Source: a virus
Lineage: Duplodnaviria > Caudoviricetes
IMG/VR virus record: IMGVR_UViG_3300037044_000084
Span: 1-31,117 of that record
Length of the DNA stretch: 31,117 nt
Direction: 5' to 3' (one strand)
Shown: positions 16,691 through 26,676 of the stretch, one piece after another
Layout of the letters: each line of letters opens with the position of its first letter
Position numbering within the stretch: position 1 is the first letter of the stretch
The notes under the pieces: generated by a model
Told to the model about the DNA's origin: nothing
The model's input: only the letters and a program-made list of their open reading frames with translations
Databases searched by the model: none
Translations under genes and position numbers: made by a program

Positions 16691-16972
16691 ATGACCCCCC
16701 CGACCCTTCGCCACGCCCTTCTCCGCGCGCGCCAATCGGTCTTCACGGCCTCCCTTCCGGCGTTCGACGAGACGGCCCGATCCTTCATCGCAGAACTGCC
16801 CAGCCGTCCAACGGAAACAGGAACACTCCTCGCCGAGGCAGCCGAGCTGATCCGGTTCTACCAGACCGATCCGCGCGCCGCCCACCTGCCGCCGATGCTC
16901 TGCCGGGAGGTCTGGGAGCCTGCCGAGGACTACACCGAGCGCATGTACCGCCGGGGAGGGTATCGCCAGTGA
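16691..16972 (+). CDS. Hypothetical protein
   Basis: AAGGAG SD before ATG 16691. Confidence 0.6.
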   Translation: MTPPTLRHALLRARQSVFTASLPAFDETARSFIAELPSRPTETGTLLAEAAELIRFYQTDPRAAHLPPMLCREVWEPAEDYTERMYRRGGYRQ

Positions 16973-17223
16973 GCACCAGCACAACGAGCGCCGAGATTGC
17001 CATGGACCCCCTCCCCCGCCAGACCATCGACCTCCCTTGCCGCATCTGCGGGGACATCGCCACCGTCTGGCTCGACGAGGCAACGTACCGCGTCAGCGCC
17101 AACGAGACCCGCGTCGCCAGGACCTGCATCTGCCCGGCTTGCCGGATCGAGTACGGTCGGCGCATGGATGCTGCGGCCTGCATCGCCAGGCGGCAGGCCA
17201 CCGGCTGGAGGGTGCCCCGATGA
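16969..17223 (+). CDS. Small Zn-finger (CxxC...CxxC) protein
   Basis: CRIC...CPAC, GGAGG SD, GTGA and ATGA coupling. Confidence 0.6.
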   Translation: MSTSTTSAEIAMDPLPRQTIDLPCRICGDIATVWLDEATYRVSANETRVARTCICPACRIEYGRRMDAAACIARRQATGWRVPR

Positions 17224-17774
17224 CCACCACCACGCCCAAGAAACAGTTTCACAAAGTTGAGAAAACAGCCCCGCCGTGTTACGGACGGCACCAAAACGTG
17301 TCACGATGCCGCCGGTGCGAGTTTCGCGCCTCCTGCCTGGAGTACGGCAGGCCGGAGCCCAAGGGATACCCCATGGAGTACCGGGACGACATCATGCCGC
17401 TGGCCGAGGCGGCGGGGGCGCTCGACGCGGCGGGCGACGCCATGGGCCCGGTGCCGATCACGCCGACGGCCGGGGTGATCTACCGCCTGTCGCTGGCCAT
17501 CGTGGACGCGGCGGACGGCAACCCGCTGCGGGTCGGGGTGGTATTCGCGCGGTTGGCCGGCCTGAGCCTCCGGGAGATCGGGGATCGGTGCCGGGTCTCG
17601 AAGCAGGGAATCCACAAGCACATCAGGGAGGTGGCACAGAGGAACAGCGCGCTGGGAGAGCTGATCAGGAGACGGCTTGCCGCGGACGAGGCGTCGGTGG
17701 CGAGGGCGAGGCGGGAGGCATCATCAGTGGCGAAGATCAACCAGGCAACCAGAAAGGCGAGGCGGTCATTATGA
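17220..17774 (+). CDS. Putative late-gene regulator (Cys cluster + sigma region 4-like HTH)
   Basis: CYG...CRRC...C cluster and GLSLREIGDRCRVSKQGIHKHI HTH. Lies between the replication and packaging modules. Confidence 0.65.
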   Translation: MTTTTPKKQFHKVEKTAPPCYGRHQNVSRCRRCEFRASCLEYGRPEPKGYPMEYRDDIMPLAEAAGALDAAGDAMGPVPITPTAGVIYRLSLAIVDAADGNPLRVGVVFARLAGLSLREIGDRCRVSKQGIHKHIREVAQRNSALGELIRRRLAADEASVARARREASSVAKINQATRKARRSL

Positions 17775-17956
17775 ATGAGCACCAAGTTAAGAACCTGGCG
17801 GAGCAGTTCCGGGTCGGTGAGGACATCGCGGCGCTGGAGAAGTCCATGCGCGAGGCCAACCAGGAGGCGCGGAAGCAACTGGCGAAGCTCAACAAGCGGC
17901 TGGCCGAGCTGAAGTGCGAATACCGCGCCGAAATGATCCAGTCCGACCTGTTTTGA
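17771..17956 (+). CDS. Small coiled-coil protein
   Basis: ATGA-coupled start and heptad pattern. Confidence 0.6.
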   Translation: MNEHQVKNLAEQFRVGEDIAALEKSMREANQEARKQLAKLNKRLAELKCEYRAEMIQSDLF

Positions 17957-17993
17957 GTTAACAGGCTCGCCGCAACGCGCAAAGGGAAAGGAC

Positions 17994-18143
17994 ATGGATA
18001 TGGGCACGGGGATGGACACGAGCGCCGAGGTGGCGCTGGAGGCGCTGGCCGCCGAGGTCGACCAGCTCACGGCCGAGGTCGTGGCGCTGGCCGAGGACGT
18101 GGATCGGGTGTTCGGGAATGAGAAAGGCGAGGTGATGCCATGA
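17994..18143 (+). CDS. Small acidic coiled-coil protein (49 aa)
   Basis: Purine-rich SD region, ALEALAAEVDQLTAEVVALAEDV, ATGA-coupled to the next gene. Confidence 0.5.
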   Translation: MDMGTGMDTSAEVALEALAAEVDQLTAEVVALAEDVDRVFGNEKGEVMP

Positions 18144-18418
18144 ATCCCCCAACCGTCAGGACAGACCCGGTGCTGGAGGCTATCGCCCTGAAGCTGTTCG
18201 GTGTCGGCCGGGTTCCCGTGCCGGAGCAGGCCAGGATGATAAAGCGGGCGGCCAAGGCGGCCCGGGACGCCGCCGCGGCCGAGGAGCGGGCGCGGTGCAT
18301 CGCCGCCATCGACGCCGAGCCGGAAATGCCATTGTGCTGCCCTGGAGTCGGAGAGGCCAAGCGCAACATCATAGCCAGGATCAAAACGCCGCGAGGCGGA
18401 GAGGTGGATCATGGCTGA
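18140..18418 (+). CDS. Hypothetical protein
   Basis: GAGG SD and tight packing in the operon. Confidence 0.55.
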   Translation: MNPPTVRTDPVLEAIALKLFGVGRVPVPEQARMIKRAAKAARDAAAAEERARCIAAIDAEPEMPLCCPGVGEAKRNIIARIKTPRGGEVDHG

Positions 18419-18695
18419 CCAGGTGAAGGCGGTGCGGCTGGCGATCAAGCTCGAATCGGCGCTGCATACCATGAAGCGATTGCATGGCGCAAAGTGGAGC
18501 GAAAAGGCCGCGCCATACCGCGCCGTGCTGTCCGGCGTCATGGGCGACGAAGGATGCAGCGTCCTGAGTGCGGCATTGCCAATCGCCAAGGACATGCGGG
18601 CCAATGGCCATAGCCCGGTCATGCTGCTGGCGGTCGCGGCCGAGATGATCGGCGAAGGGCCTCCTGGCCCGGTTGACCACCGGCGTTGTTCATGA
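18411..18695 (+). CDS. Hypothetical protein
   Basis: GAGGT SD. Overlaps both neighbours by a few nt. Confidence 0.6.
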   Translation: MADQVKAVRLAIKLESALHTMKRLHGAKWSEKAAPYRAVLSGVMGDEGCSVLSAALPIAKDMRANGHSPVMLLAVAAEMIGEGPPGPVDHRRCS

Positions 18696-19282
18696 CCAAG
18701 AAGAAGCAGAGCGCGGGCCAGCCTCACCGCTACCAGAAGGGCGAAAACCACCGCGGGAGCCGTCCGCAGGAGTCCATGGAGCTGAAGAAGTCCAAGTTCG
18801 TGGCCGAGTACCTGAAGGACTTCCACGGCGGGCGGGCGGCCCTGGCGGCGGGGTATTCCCGGACGACGGCCAGCACCATGGCATCGAAATTCCTTCGCGA
18901 CCCGGCGGTGATCACAGCGCTCCAGGCGGAGATCGAGAAGGCCAAGACCCCAAACGTGCTCTCGCTCCAGGAGGCGCTTGAGATCCTGACCGCCATCGCC
19001 AGGAGCAGGCTCGGTGAGTACATCAACGAGCGCGGCGACATCGACATCGAGAAGGTGCGCAGGTTCGGCGGCGCGGCCCTGGCGGAGTTCGCGCGGGACA
19101 TGCTGAAGGGCAAGGCCAGGATCAAGCTGCGCGACCCGATCATGGCCATCGAGCGGATCGCCAAGCTGCTGGGATGGGACAGCCCGGAGCAGGTGCATGT
19201 GACCGGCGACGTGGTGGTGATGCTGCCGATGGTTGGCGGCGGCGCGGCGCCCGATGGCGGTCCGCCCAGGCTCCCGGCCTGA
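18692..19282 (+). CDS. terS: Terminase small subunit
   Basis: KFVAEYLKDFHGGRAALAAGYSRTTA...IKLRDPIMAIERIAKLLG. Precedes TerL. Confidence 0.88.
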   Translation: MTKKKQSAGQPHRYQKGENHRGSRPQESMELKKSKFVAEYLKDFHGGRAALAAGYSRTTASTMASKFLRDPAVITALQAEIEKAKTPNVLSLQEALEILTAIARSRLGEYINERGDIDIEKVRRFGGAALAEFARDMLKGKARIKLRDPIMAIERIAKLLGWDSPEQVHVTGDVVVMLPMVGGGAAPDGGPPRLPA

Positions 19283-19284
19283 TC

Positions 19285-20589
19285 ATGGGGGGCTCTCCAT
19301 ACCCAGCCCTCCGGTGCGTGGCCAATCCCAGGCCGCTGACCATCGACGCCAGCGACCCCGGCCTCTACAACGACATCTACCTGCCGCTACTGCACGACAC
19401 GAACCGCTACCTGCTGCTGTACGGCGGCCGGGACAGCGCCAAGAGCTATTTCGCCGCGCAGTGGTGCATCCTGAAGTTGATGCGCGAGAAGGATGCGCGC
19501 GGGGTGCTCATGCGCCGCCGGTTCAATTCGATCCGCGACAGCCAGTTCCAGATGATTCGCGGCATTGTCGATCGGCATGGCCTGGGGCGGTTCTTCAACT
19601 TCACGACCTCGCCGCTGGAGGTGACGTTCAGGCCCACCGGAGCGAAGATCCTGGCGCGCGGCCTGGATGACCCAGACAAGACCAAGTCCATCGCCGATCC
19701 GACCTTCATCTGGTACGAGGAGGCGAACGAGATCACCGAGACGGACTGGCAGAAGTCCACGCTGTCGCTGCGGACAAGCGGCAAGGCCGTGCTCCAGGAG
19801 ATCTTCACCTTCAACCCGGAGATGGAGGAGACATGGATCAACCGGGTCTTCTTCCCGCCAAAGGCCAGCTATGAGCGGCCCGGGGGCGAGTTCCATTTTG
19901 TCCCGTCGATCCGCGACGACGCGACAATCCTGCATACGACCTACCGCGACAATCGCCATTGCCCGCCAGGGCGCCGCAAGCTGATCGAGGGCATCGCCGA
20001 CCAGCACTACCGCGCGATTTATGCCTGGGGGCTCTGGGGCGGCGCGCTCAAGGGGCTGGTCTATCCGGTGTTCGAGATCATCGATTCATTCCCGGAGGAC
20101 GCCAGGAAGGTCGGGCATGGGCTGGATTTCGGCTTCACCAACGACCCATCGGCGCTGATCCGCTGCGGCGTGTGGGACAAGTCGCTGGTCTTTGACGAGA
20201 TGCTGTACCGCCCCGGACTGACCAACCAGGACATCGGCGCGGAGATGAAGCGCCTCGGGATCGGCCCGCACATGCCGGTCTGGGCGGACTCGTCAGAGCC
20301 AAAGTCCATCGAGGAGATCCGGCGCCAGGGCTTCTCCATCCGGGGCGTGACCAAGGGGCGCGATTCCGTCCGCAAGGGCATCGACCTGATGAAGAGCCAC
20401 CCGATCCTCATCACCAGGCGAAGTGTGAACCTGTTGCAGGAGGTGGTGCGCTACAAATGGGAGGAGGACAGATCCGGCAAGCTGACCAATGTGCCGGTCG
20501 ACCTCTGGAATCACGCCCTCGACGCGGCCCGCTATTGGGCCATGATGACGGTTGCCCCGGCCGGCGGCGGGGCGCTGATCCTGGCGTGA
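19285..20589 (+). CDS. terL: Terminase large subunit, PBSX family
   Basis: YGGRDSAKS, IWYEEANE, TFNP, GLDFGFTNDP, WADSSEPKSI and NHALDAARY. Confidence 0.95.
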   Translation: MGGSPYPALRCVANPRPLTIDASDPGLYNDIYLPLLHDTNRYLLLYGGRDSAKSYFAAQWCILKLMREKDARGVLMRRRFNSIRDSQFQMIRGIVDRHGLGRFFNFTTSPLEVTFRPTGAKILARGLDDPDKTKSIADPTFIWYEEANEITETDWQKSTLSLRTSGKAVLQEIFTFNPEMEETWINRVFFPPKASYERPGGEFHFVPSIRDDATILHTTYRDNRHCPPGRRKLIEGIADQHYRAIYAWGLWGGALKGLVYPVFEIIDSFPEDARKVGHGLDFGFTNDPSALIRCGVWDKSLVFDEMLYRPGLTNQDIGAEMKRLGIGPHMPVWADSSEPKSIEEIRRQGFSIRGVTKGRDSVRKGIDLMKSHPILITRRSVNLLQEVVRYKWEEDRSGKLTNVPVDLWNHALDAARYWAMMTVAPAGGGALILA

Positions 20590-20630
20590 CCGGGTTGACG
20601 TGCCGCGTGGAACAAACCCAGGAGAAGAGC

Positions 20631-22115
20631 ATGTCCAGCCTGATCTTTTCGCGCGAGCACCCGCTGTATGCGCTCCAGAAGGAGTCCTGGAAGAGGACGC
20701 AGAAGGCCTATGCGGGCGGCCGGGCGTACATCGATGTGGCGCTGCTGCGGCATGTCTCGGAGGCGGCAATCGAGTTCGACGAGCGCAAGGCCCGCGTCCA
20801 CTACTTCAACTATCCGCGCCGGGTGGCCCGGCTGATCACGCAGTATGTCATGGCGGTCTCGCCCGAGAGGCACAACGCCGCCCCGGAGGCGGTCGAGGAT
20901 TGGAGCCGGTCGGGTCTGCGGACCAACGAGGTCATTCGGCAGCTCTCGACGTTCGTCAATCTCTACGGGCTTGGCTGGCTGTCCGTCGATATGCCGAGGA
21001 TCAACGGGGAGATCACGCTGGCGGCGAAGCAGGCCGGCCGGATCCGACCGTACGTCACGGCCGTGCAGCCATTGCAGGTGGTCGACTGGAGCCACGGGGC
21101 GGACGGGCGGCTGGCCTGGGCCATCATCGAGGACATCGACCGGGCGGACGAGGATCCATTCGCCGAGCGCAAGACCATCGTCCAGCGGCGGCTGTGGACG
21201 CGCGACTCCTGGACGGTGTTCGAGAAGTCCCTGGACGGCGGCGCGCCGCGGGAGATCGCCACCGGCAGGCATCAATTGGGGGCCGTGCCGCTGGTCTGCG
21301 TCTACGAGCCGGACGGCTACGGCGTGTCCACCGAGCATTGGTTCAACGACGTGGTGCGCGTCTCGGACTCGATCCTCAACGCCGAATCCGAACTGCAAAT
21401 GAACATCCTCAAGCAGATGTTCGGGCTGTTGGTCGTGCCGGACTCGTTCTTCCTGCGGGCGACGGAGCGGGTCGAGCGGATGGCGGTCGAGACGGGCGCT
21501 TCCATCGACGAGACGTATGCCATGGTGCTGGCGCGCTCGACGGCGATCACCGAGACGGCCGAGGAGAGCGGGATTTCCCGCTACATCGCGCCGCCGGCCG
21601 ACCTTGCGGAGACGATCCGCTCGGAAATCGGCAACCTTCGGGCCGCCCTGTACGAGGTCGTGGGGCTTTCGTTGTCCAAGGACACGCGCGACGTGGAGAG
21701 CGCCGAGGCCAAGGCGTGGGACTTCCACGCCGTGGCGCAGTACCTGGCCAGCCGGTCGGACATGCTTGAGCAGGCGGAGGTCGCCGCCTGGGCGCTGATG
21801 AACCAGTGGGATCCGTCGATCCCACTGCCGGAGGTCGCCTACAACCGCGACTTCAAGGTCGCCGACCTGAAGGCGGACGTGGAATCCCTGATCGGCCTGA
21901 GCAGCATCCCGACCGGCGAGGAATACACCAAGGAGGTCGAGCAGACGGCCGTGGAGCTGTTGTCCAGGCTGCGGCCGATGTCCCCGGAGCGCCGCCAGGA
22001 GTTGGCCGACGAGATCGCCAACCGCGAGCGGACCGCGCCGACGCCGGAGATGGACTTGGGCGGGGTGGATGAGGACGAGGAAGACGAGGAGGAAGACGAG
22101 GAAGACGAGGAATAA
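20631..22115 (+). CDS. Portal protein
   Basis: 494 aa directly after TerL, YFNY and HQLGAVPLV segments, acidic C-terminal tail. Confidence 0.85.
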   Translation: MSSLIFSREHPLYALQKESWKRTQKAYAGGRAYIDVALLRHVSEAAIEFDERKARVHYFNYPRRVARLITQYVMAVSPERHNAAPEAVEDWSRSGLRTNEVIRQLSTFVNLYGLGWLSVDMPRINGEITLAAKQAGRIRPYVTAVQPLQVVDWSHGADGRLAWAIIEDIDRADEDPFAERKTIVQRRLWTRDSWTVFEKSLDGGAPREIATGRHQLGAVPLVCVYEPDGYGVSTEHWFNDVVRVSDSILNAESELQMNILKQMFGLLVVPDSFFLRATERVERMAVETGASIDETYAMVLARSTAITETAEESGISRYIAPPADLAETIRSEIGNLRAALYEVVGLSLSKDTRDVESAEAKAWDFHAVAQYLASRSDMLEQAEVAAWALMNQWDPSIPLPEVAYNRDFKVADLKADVESLIGLSSIPTGEEYTKEVEQTAVELLSRLRPMSPERRQELADEIANRERTAPTPEMDLGGVDEDEEDEEEDEEDEE

Positions 22116-22129
22116 TGCCGGTTTGTCAA

Positions 22130-22146
22130 TCGTCAACGGTTGACGA
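22130..22146. promoter_or_regulatory. Inverted repeat TCGTCAAC-G-GTTGACGA, candidate operator
   Basis: Perfect 8-bp arms in the portal-scaffold intergenic gap. Confidence 0.45.
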
Positions 22147-22226
22147 CCTGCCTTGATTGTCAATCGCGCCGCCTGCGTCAAGGGCGTCGTTGAGCCAACA
22201 ACGTGAAAAACGGGAAAGAGGTCGCA

Positions 22227-22892
22227 ATGAAGATCAAGGACGTTCTCGCGAAGGTCGCAAAGGGTGAAGACCTGTCCGCCGAGGAGAAGAAGTTCCTCGC
22301 CGAGTACGAGGAGCCGTCGGAGGATGGCCGGATCCCGAAGGAGCGGCTGGACCGCGAGATCGCGAAGCGGGCGGATGCCGAGAAGAAGCTGGCCGACGCG
22401 CAGCAGGCGGCCGAAGAGGCCAAGTCCAAGCTCGACGAGCTGGAAAGCAAGGGCCTGAGCGCGGCGGACAAGCAGACAAAGGAATTCCAGAAGCAGCTCG
22501 ACGCGATGACGAAGAAGGTTGAGTCGCTGACGGCCGAGAAGGAGGCGACGGTGACGGAGCTGGCCCAGACCAAGTTCCGCACGGCCGTTTCCGAGATCGC
22601 AGGCAAGAATGGATTCCTGGATGCGGACTATCTCGGGTTTGTCCTGTCCGGCAAGAAGATCGACGTGGCCGACGCCAAGGCGGTCGACGCCGTGGTCGGC
22701 GACCTCAAGAAGAGTCATGCGGCGCTGTTCAAGGCGCCAGTGGCGGGCGGATCCGGAGGCGCGGCCGGCGGAACCGGCGGCAATGCCGGCGAGCCCGACG
22801 CGCAGAAGAAGTACAACGAAGCCAAGGCGAAGGGCGACGTGCTTTCCATGCTGGAGGCCGCGCCGCCTTCGCCTGAAACCAAGAAGGAATGA
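22227..22892 (+). CDS. Capsid scaffolding protein
   Basis: RIPKERLDREI, long coiled coil, LF followed by a Gly-rich linker. Lies before the major capsid gene. Confidence 0.85.
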   Translation: MKIKDVLAKVAKGEDLSAEEKKFLAEYEEPSEDGRIPKERLDREIAKRADAEKKLADAQQAAEEAKSKLDELESKGLSAADKQTKEFQKQLDAMTKKVESLTAEKEATVTELAQTKFRTAVSEIAGKNGFLDADYLGFVLSGKKIDVADAKAVDAVVGDLKKSHAALFKAPVAGGSGGAAGGTGGNAGEPDAQKKYNEAKAKGDVLSMLEAAPPSPETKKE

Positions 22893-24058
22893 CCGAAATG
22901 CCTCTCTACAGCTACGATCTCGCCAATGCCAAGCGCGACCTGTCGGACATCTTCGACACCGTCGTCGCCGGCGCGCCGCGCTTCATCAGCCGGTTCCGCA
23001 CCAACGGGACGGTCGCGCGGCACAAGAAGCACGAGTGGCTGAACGACCGGATCACCGGCCGCTCGCTGACCGCCGTGACCGTCGCGACGCTGACCGTCAC
23101 CGCCACCGCCGCCGACGTGGCCAAGCTGCTGGTCGGCACGATCCTGACGATCAAGGACGATCCCGTCCTGTTCCGGGTCGACTCCCTCGACAGCACGACC
23201 ACGTTCACGGTCTCGCGCGTGGCGACCAACGGGTCGGTCACGGCCGCGCCGGGCAACGGCAGCACCCTGCTGATCGTCTCGACGCCGATGGTCGAGGGCA
23301 CGGCGAACGGCCAGGGCGAGCAGGGCTATCGCCAGTCCGACACGGACTGGAACGGGGTGCAGACCCTCCGCAAGGAGATCGTCATCCCGCAGCTCGCCCT
23401 GAGCACGAACGTCTACGGCAACGTGGACAACGCCATCAACAAGCACACCCGCGACGCCCTGACCGAGGGCACCCGCGACCTGAACCGCGCGGCCCTGTTC
23501 GGCCGCCGCGTCGAGTCCGCCGCCAACGCGCGCGGCGAGATCGGCGGGATCTACCAGTTCGGGACCGCCGCCGGGGCGCTGGGCGTCAACGCGCAGGCCG
23601 AGCGCTTCGATTCGTTCGTGGTCAACGACGCCTCCCAGGCGATCCTCGACCAGGGCGGCGAGGCCAACCTCATCCTGTGCGGCCTGGGGCAGGCGCGCGT
23701 CCTCTCCTGCGAGTACAAGAAGGAGCTGACCATCGTCCGCGAGGATCAGGCGCGCGGTGCCTATGTCGCGCGGATCGTCTCCGAGATCAACGGCCGCGGC
23801 ATGACCATCATGGCCGAGCCCGACATCCCGGACACCCAGGCGTGGGTCATGGACGACGCCGGCCTGGTGATGGTGCCGTTGGCCGACGACGCGATGCGCG
23901 ACGAGGACGCCACCGAGAAGGGCTTCCATGGCATCAAGCGCGTCGTCTGGGGCAGCTACACCCTGGAGTTCCGGAACGCCAAGCAGCGCCTGTGCCTGGT
24001 GACGAACCTCCAGGCGAGCGCGCTGGCCCTCGCGGCGATCAAGGGCGACGCCAGCTAG
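22889..24058 (+). CDS. Major capsid protein (SU10/DUF5309-like)
   Basis: KRDLSD..., HEWLND, NxxQxxxK and YTLEFRN. Strong codon bias. Start at 22889 or 22898. Confidence 0.85.
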   Translation: MTEMPLYSYDLANAKRDLSDIFDTVVAGAPRFISRFRTNGTVARHKKHEWLNDRITGRSLTAVTVATLTVTATAADVAKLLVGTILTIKDDPVLFRVDSLDSTTTFTVSRVATNGSVTAAPGNGSTLLIVSTPMVEGTANGQGEQGYRQSDTDWNGVQTLRKEIVIPQLALSTNVYGNVDNAINKHTRDALTEGTRDLNRAALFGRRVESAANARGEIGGIYQFGTAAGALGVNAQAERFDSFVVNDASQAILDQGGEANLILCGLGQARVLSCEYKKELTIVREDQARGAYVARIVSEINGRGMTIMAEPDIPDTQAWVMDDAGLVMVPLADDAMRDEDATEKGFHGIKRVVWGSYTLEFRNAKQRLCLVTNLQASALALAAIKGDAS

Positions 24059-24083
24059 GCGAAGCGAACGAGGCTTGAGCTGT

Positions 24084-24159
24084 CCGGCCCCGGGTTGTCA
24101 GGTGGCGAGCTGGCCGCATAAGCGGAGGCCGTCGCGGGCGACACGGGGCCGGTCTTTTT
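24084..24159 (+). terminator. Large stem-loop with U-tract after the major capsid gene
   Basis: CCGGCCCCG (24084-24092) pairs with CGGGGCCGG (24144-24152), followed by TCTTTTT. Confidence 0.55.
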
Positions 24160-24193
24160 CGGGAATATCCACGGCACAACCAAGGAGGATCAC

Positions 24194-24583
24194 GTGGGCA
24201 AGGAATGGAAGCTGGCCGGCACGATCACGGGACCGCAATGGAAGACCGTCCGCTACCGCTGGCGCGGAACCATGACGGCGCTGGTCATCCCGGTCGTCGA
24301 GGATTCCGAGGCGGCGGTCGAAAAGGACGTGGAGCGGCGCAGCGCCCAGTTGCGCCCCAGGACGGCCGCCTGCCTGGCCTGCTCGACGCCGGCGGTTGTT
24401 GCCGTTGCCGAGACGTCGGCCGCGCCTCTCGCCGCACCCTCCCGCGCCCCGCGTCTGGGGATCGCCAGGATGCGCCTCGGCGACCTGGTGACATTGGCCA
24501 GGGAGAAGTACGGGATTGACGCAGCGCCTGAGATGGGACGCGATGCCATCATGAAGAAGATCCGGGAGATCGCACATGTCTGA
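24194..24583 (+). CDS. Hypothetical protein following the capsid gene
   Basis: AAGGAGG SD. C-terminal small helical motif LVTLAREKYGID...RDAIMKKI. Confidence 0.7.
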   Translation: MGKEWKLAGTITGPQWKTVRYRWRGTMTALVIPVVEDSEAAVEKDVERRSAQLRPRTAACLACSTPAVVAVAETSAAPLAAPSRAPRLGIARMRLGDLVTLAREKYGIDAAPEMGRDAIMKKIREIAHV

Positions 24584-24974
24584 AGTCACCGTCGAACAGG
24601 CCGAAGAGTATTTCGAGGAGCACCTTGAGGCGGCGGCATGGGCGGCGCTTGACGAGGTCGCGCAGCAGGCGCTGCTGAACATGGCCGAGCCGGAGATCCT
24701 TGTCCACTTGCGCGGACAGGACGCCATCGATGCCACGGACACCAGGCAGGTCGCGGCCGTCTGCGAGCAGGCGCTGTTCCTGTGGCAAAACCGCCGGGCG
24801 CTTGATTCGGCCAGCATGGCGGTCGCCTCGGGAATCCAGGCGGAGAGCGTCGACGGGCTGGGCTCCCGGTCATTCCGCACCGGCGTCGGCCCGGGGTCGT
24901 TGCCAGCGCTGGCGCGAAATGCGCAGACCCAAATCCGCCTGCTGATGGGCCCGCCGCGATTCGTCAGGGGGTAG
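24576..24974 (+). CDS. Head-tail adaptor/connector
   Basis: TVEQAEEYF...W...QVAAVCEQALFL...GIQAESVDG pattern and position. Confidence 0.8.
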   Translation: MSEVTVEQAEEYFEEHLEAAAWAALDEVAQQALLNMAEPEILVHLRGQDAIDATDTRQVAAVCEQALFLWQNRRALDSASMAVASGIQAESVDGLGSRSFRTGVGPGSLPALARNAQTQIRLLMGPPRFVRG

Positions 24975-24977
24975 GCC

Positions 24978-26477
24978 GTGGCCAAGAACCCGCTCCGCAA
25001 GAAGATCGAGAGCCACGCGCAGGGGCGGGCGTGGATCGAGGCTAACGCCGCTGACATGCGGGAGATCTACTCGACCGTCCGCGCCCGAATGATGGCGAGG
25101 ATCGCGGAACAGGCGACCAGCGGCAAGGTCGGCGTGCCGTTCTCCGGCAAGCACCTGGTGGCGCTCAGCGAGACGATCCAGCGGCAGTACGCCGACCTAG
25201 AGCAGGAGCTTCGCGCCAGGATGCGCCACGCCGTCCCCTACGTGGCGCAGAGCTACTACGCCATGGCGCTGGCGGGCGCGGGCTCAAAGGTTGTCGGCGG
25301 GTTCTCAAAAACGCGCGTGGACGCCATGCTGCAGGACTCGTTCAGCCACATCGCCGGGGCCACGCGAATGATGCAGGACGCCGACATCCGGCACTTGCGC
25401 AACGTCGCCGCCAAGATATTCCGCGAATCCTCGATCACCGGCGACACCCGGCGGCAGGTCTCGCAACGGCTCATGTCCGAGGCAATCAGGCTGCCGGACT
25501 TCGCCTTCGTGGACAAGGCAGGCCGACGATGGGGCAACAAGTCGTATTTCGACATGCTCGGCCGGACGGTGCTGCTCAACGCCAGCCGATCCAGCTACCT
25601 GGACACCTGCGCCGACAAGGGCAAGGATGTCGTGGTCGTGAGTACGTCCGGGGCTCCGTGCCCGAAATGCCAGGTGTGGGAGCGGCGGTTGCTGTCCGTG
25701 ACCGGCAACACCCCGGGCCTGCCGACGGTCGAGCAGGCCACACAGGCCGGGCTGTTCCATCCGAATTGCACCCACTCGATCACCGCCGTCCCGGATGTCA
25801 TCCGGAAGCGGCGATACGACGACAAGGGCCGTCCGACCAGCGGATGGAACAGCAGGGGGCAGGCGGCGACCGATGATGCCGACGCCTGGCGGAAGTATCG
25901 AAAAGAGAATACCAAGACCACCACGCTGCGCAGTCGCGACATCCATGCCGACAAAGAAACTGGGTCGGTGTCAATGACCCACCACAAGTTCAGACAGCTC
26001 AAGGACTCGAACATGCCCATTGTTGACGAGTTGCGCCCCGCCTTCGCGGCGGCGGAAAGCGGGCGCGACGGGTTCGTGAAATTCATCCGGGACACCGGCC
26101 AGAAGACGCAGACAGAATACTCTGCCGTATGGAACGTCAACGGGAATCTGCACGCCGTGGCCAAAGGGGGGCATGACGCGGTGTCGTCGTTGATGCCGGG
26201 GCCGGAATCTACAATAATCCACAATCACCCGAACAATGCACCGTTTTCAGGTGCAGACATCCGGTCGTTCTTTGACAATTCCGTGCGCAAGTCGGAACTT
26301 GTCCTGGATGGATCGGTAATCTCCTTGACGCGAGGCAAAGAAGCGGGTACATTGAATACACAATGGGCAATGGAAAGGTTCGCCAAGATTGGCGTTTCGC
26401 GGGGCGCAGATCCGACAATCGAAGAAATAAGGAGGTTCTGCCATGGGACAGGAATATCTTGTCGCGAGGATGGATGA
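24978..26477 (+). CDS. Minor capsid (Phage_min_cap2/MuF-like) protein with C-terminal JAB/MPN-like domain
   Basis: FVDKAGRRW, CPKCQVWE and GLFHPNCTH, then an extension with E...IIHNHPNNAPFSGAD. Confidence 0.85.
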   Translation: MAKNPLRKKIESHAQGRAWIEANAADMREIYSTVRARMMARIAEQATSGKVGVPFSGKHLVALSETIQRQYADLEQELRARMRHAVPYVAQSYYAMALAGAGSKVVGGFSKTRVDAMLQDSFSHIAGATRMMQDADIRHLRNVAAKIFRESSITGDTRRQVSQRLMSEAIRLPDFAFVDKAGRRWGNKSYFDMLGRTVLLNASRSSYLDTCADKGKDVVVVSTSGAPCPKCQVWERRLLSVTGNTPGLPTVEQATQAGLFHPNCTHSITAVPDVIRKRRYDDKGRPTSGWNSRGQAATDDADAWRKYRKENTKTTTLRSRDIHADKETGSVSMTHHKFRQLKDSNMPIVDELRPAFAAAESGRDGFVKFIRDTGQKTQTEYSAVWNVNGNLHAVAKGGHDAVSSLMPGPESTIIHNHPNNAPFSGADIRSFFDNSVRKSELVLDGSVISLTRGKEAGTLNTQWAMERFAKIGVSRGADPTIEEIRRFCHGTGISCREDG

Positions 26478-26676
26478 CAGGTACAGGACGCTGGGGAGCA
26501 AGAACTGTTCCTATTGTCGTTTTTTCTCTGGCTCCGGTCGTCCGTATTTTGCGGGCAACAACGATGATTGCGAGCACTTCGGGGCAATTCCTCCGGACAT
26601 CTGGAACAACGAAAAAAAATGTTCAAAGTTCGAGGCCAGCAAAAATGACCAAGACAATCCAAGTGACAAGGCTTGA
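26470..26676 (+). CDS. Small Cys-rich protein, candidate immunity/partner
   Basis: CSYC...CEHFGAIPPDIW...C. Overlaps the stop of the minor capsid gene. Low GC. Confidence 0.65.
   Translation: MDDRYRTLGSKNCSYCRFFSGSGRPYFAGNNDDCEHFGAIPPDIWNNEKKCSKFEASKNDQDNPSDKA

Noticed and set aside
22068-22112. GAG/GAA/GAC low-complexity repeat
   Set aside because: It encodes the acidic portal tail, which is a common feature.
20532-22718. 728-aa minus-strand ORF, and similar long ORFs at 13840-15546, 17480-19198 and 22715-23929
   Set aside because: Antisense shadows of well-supported phage genes caused by GC3 bias.
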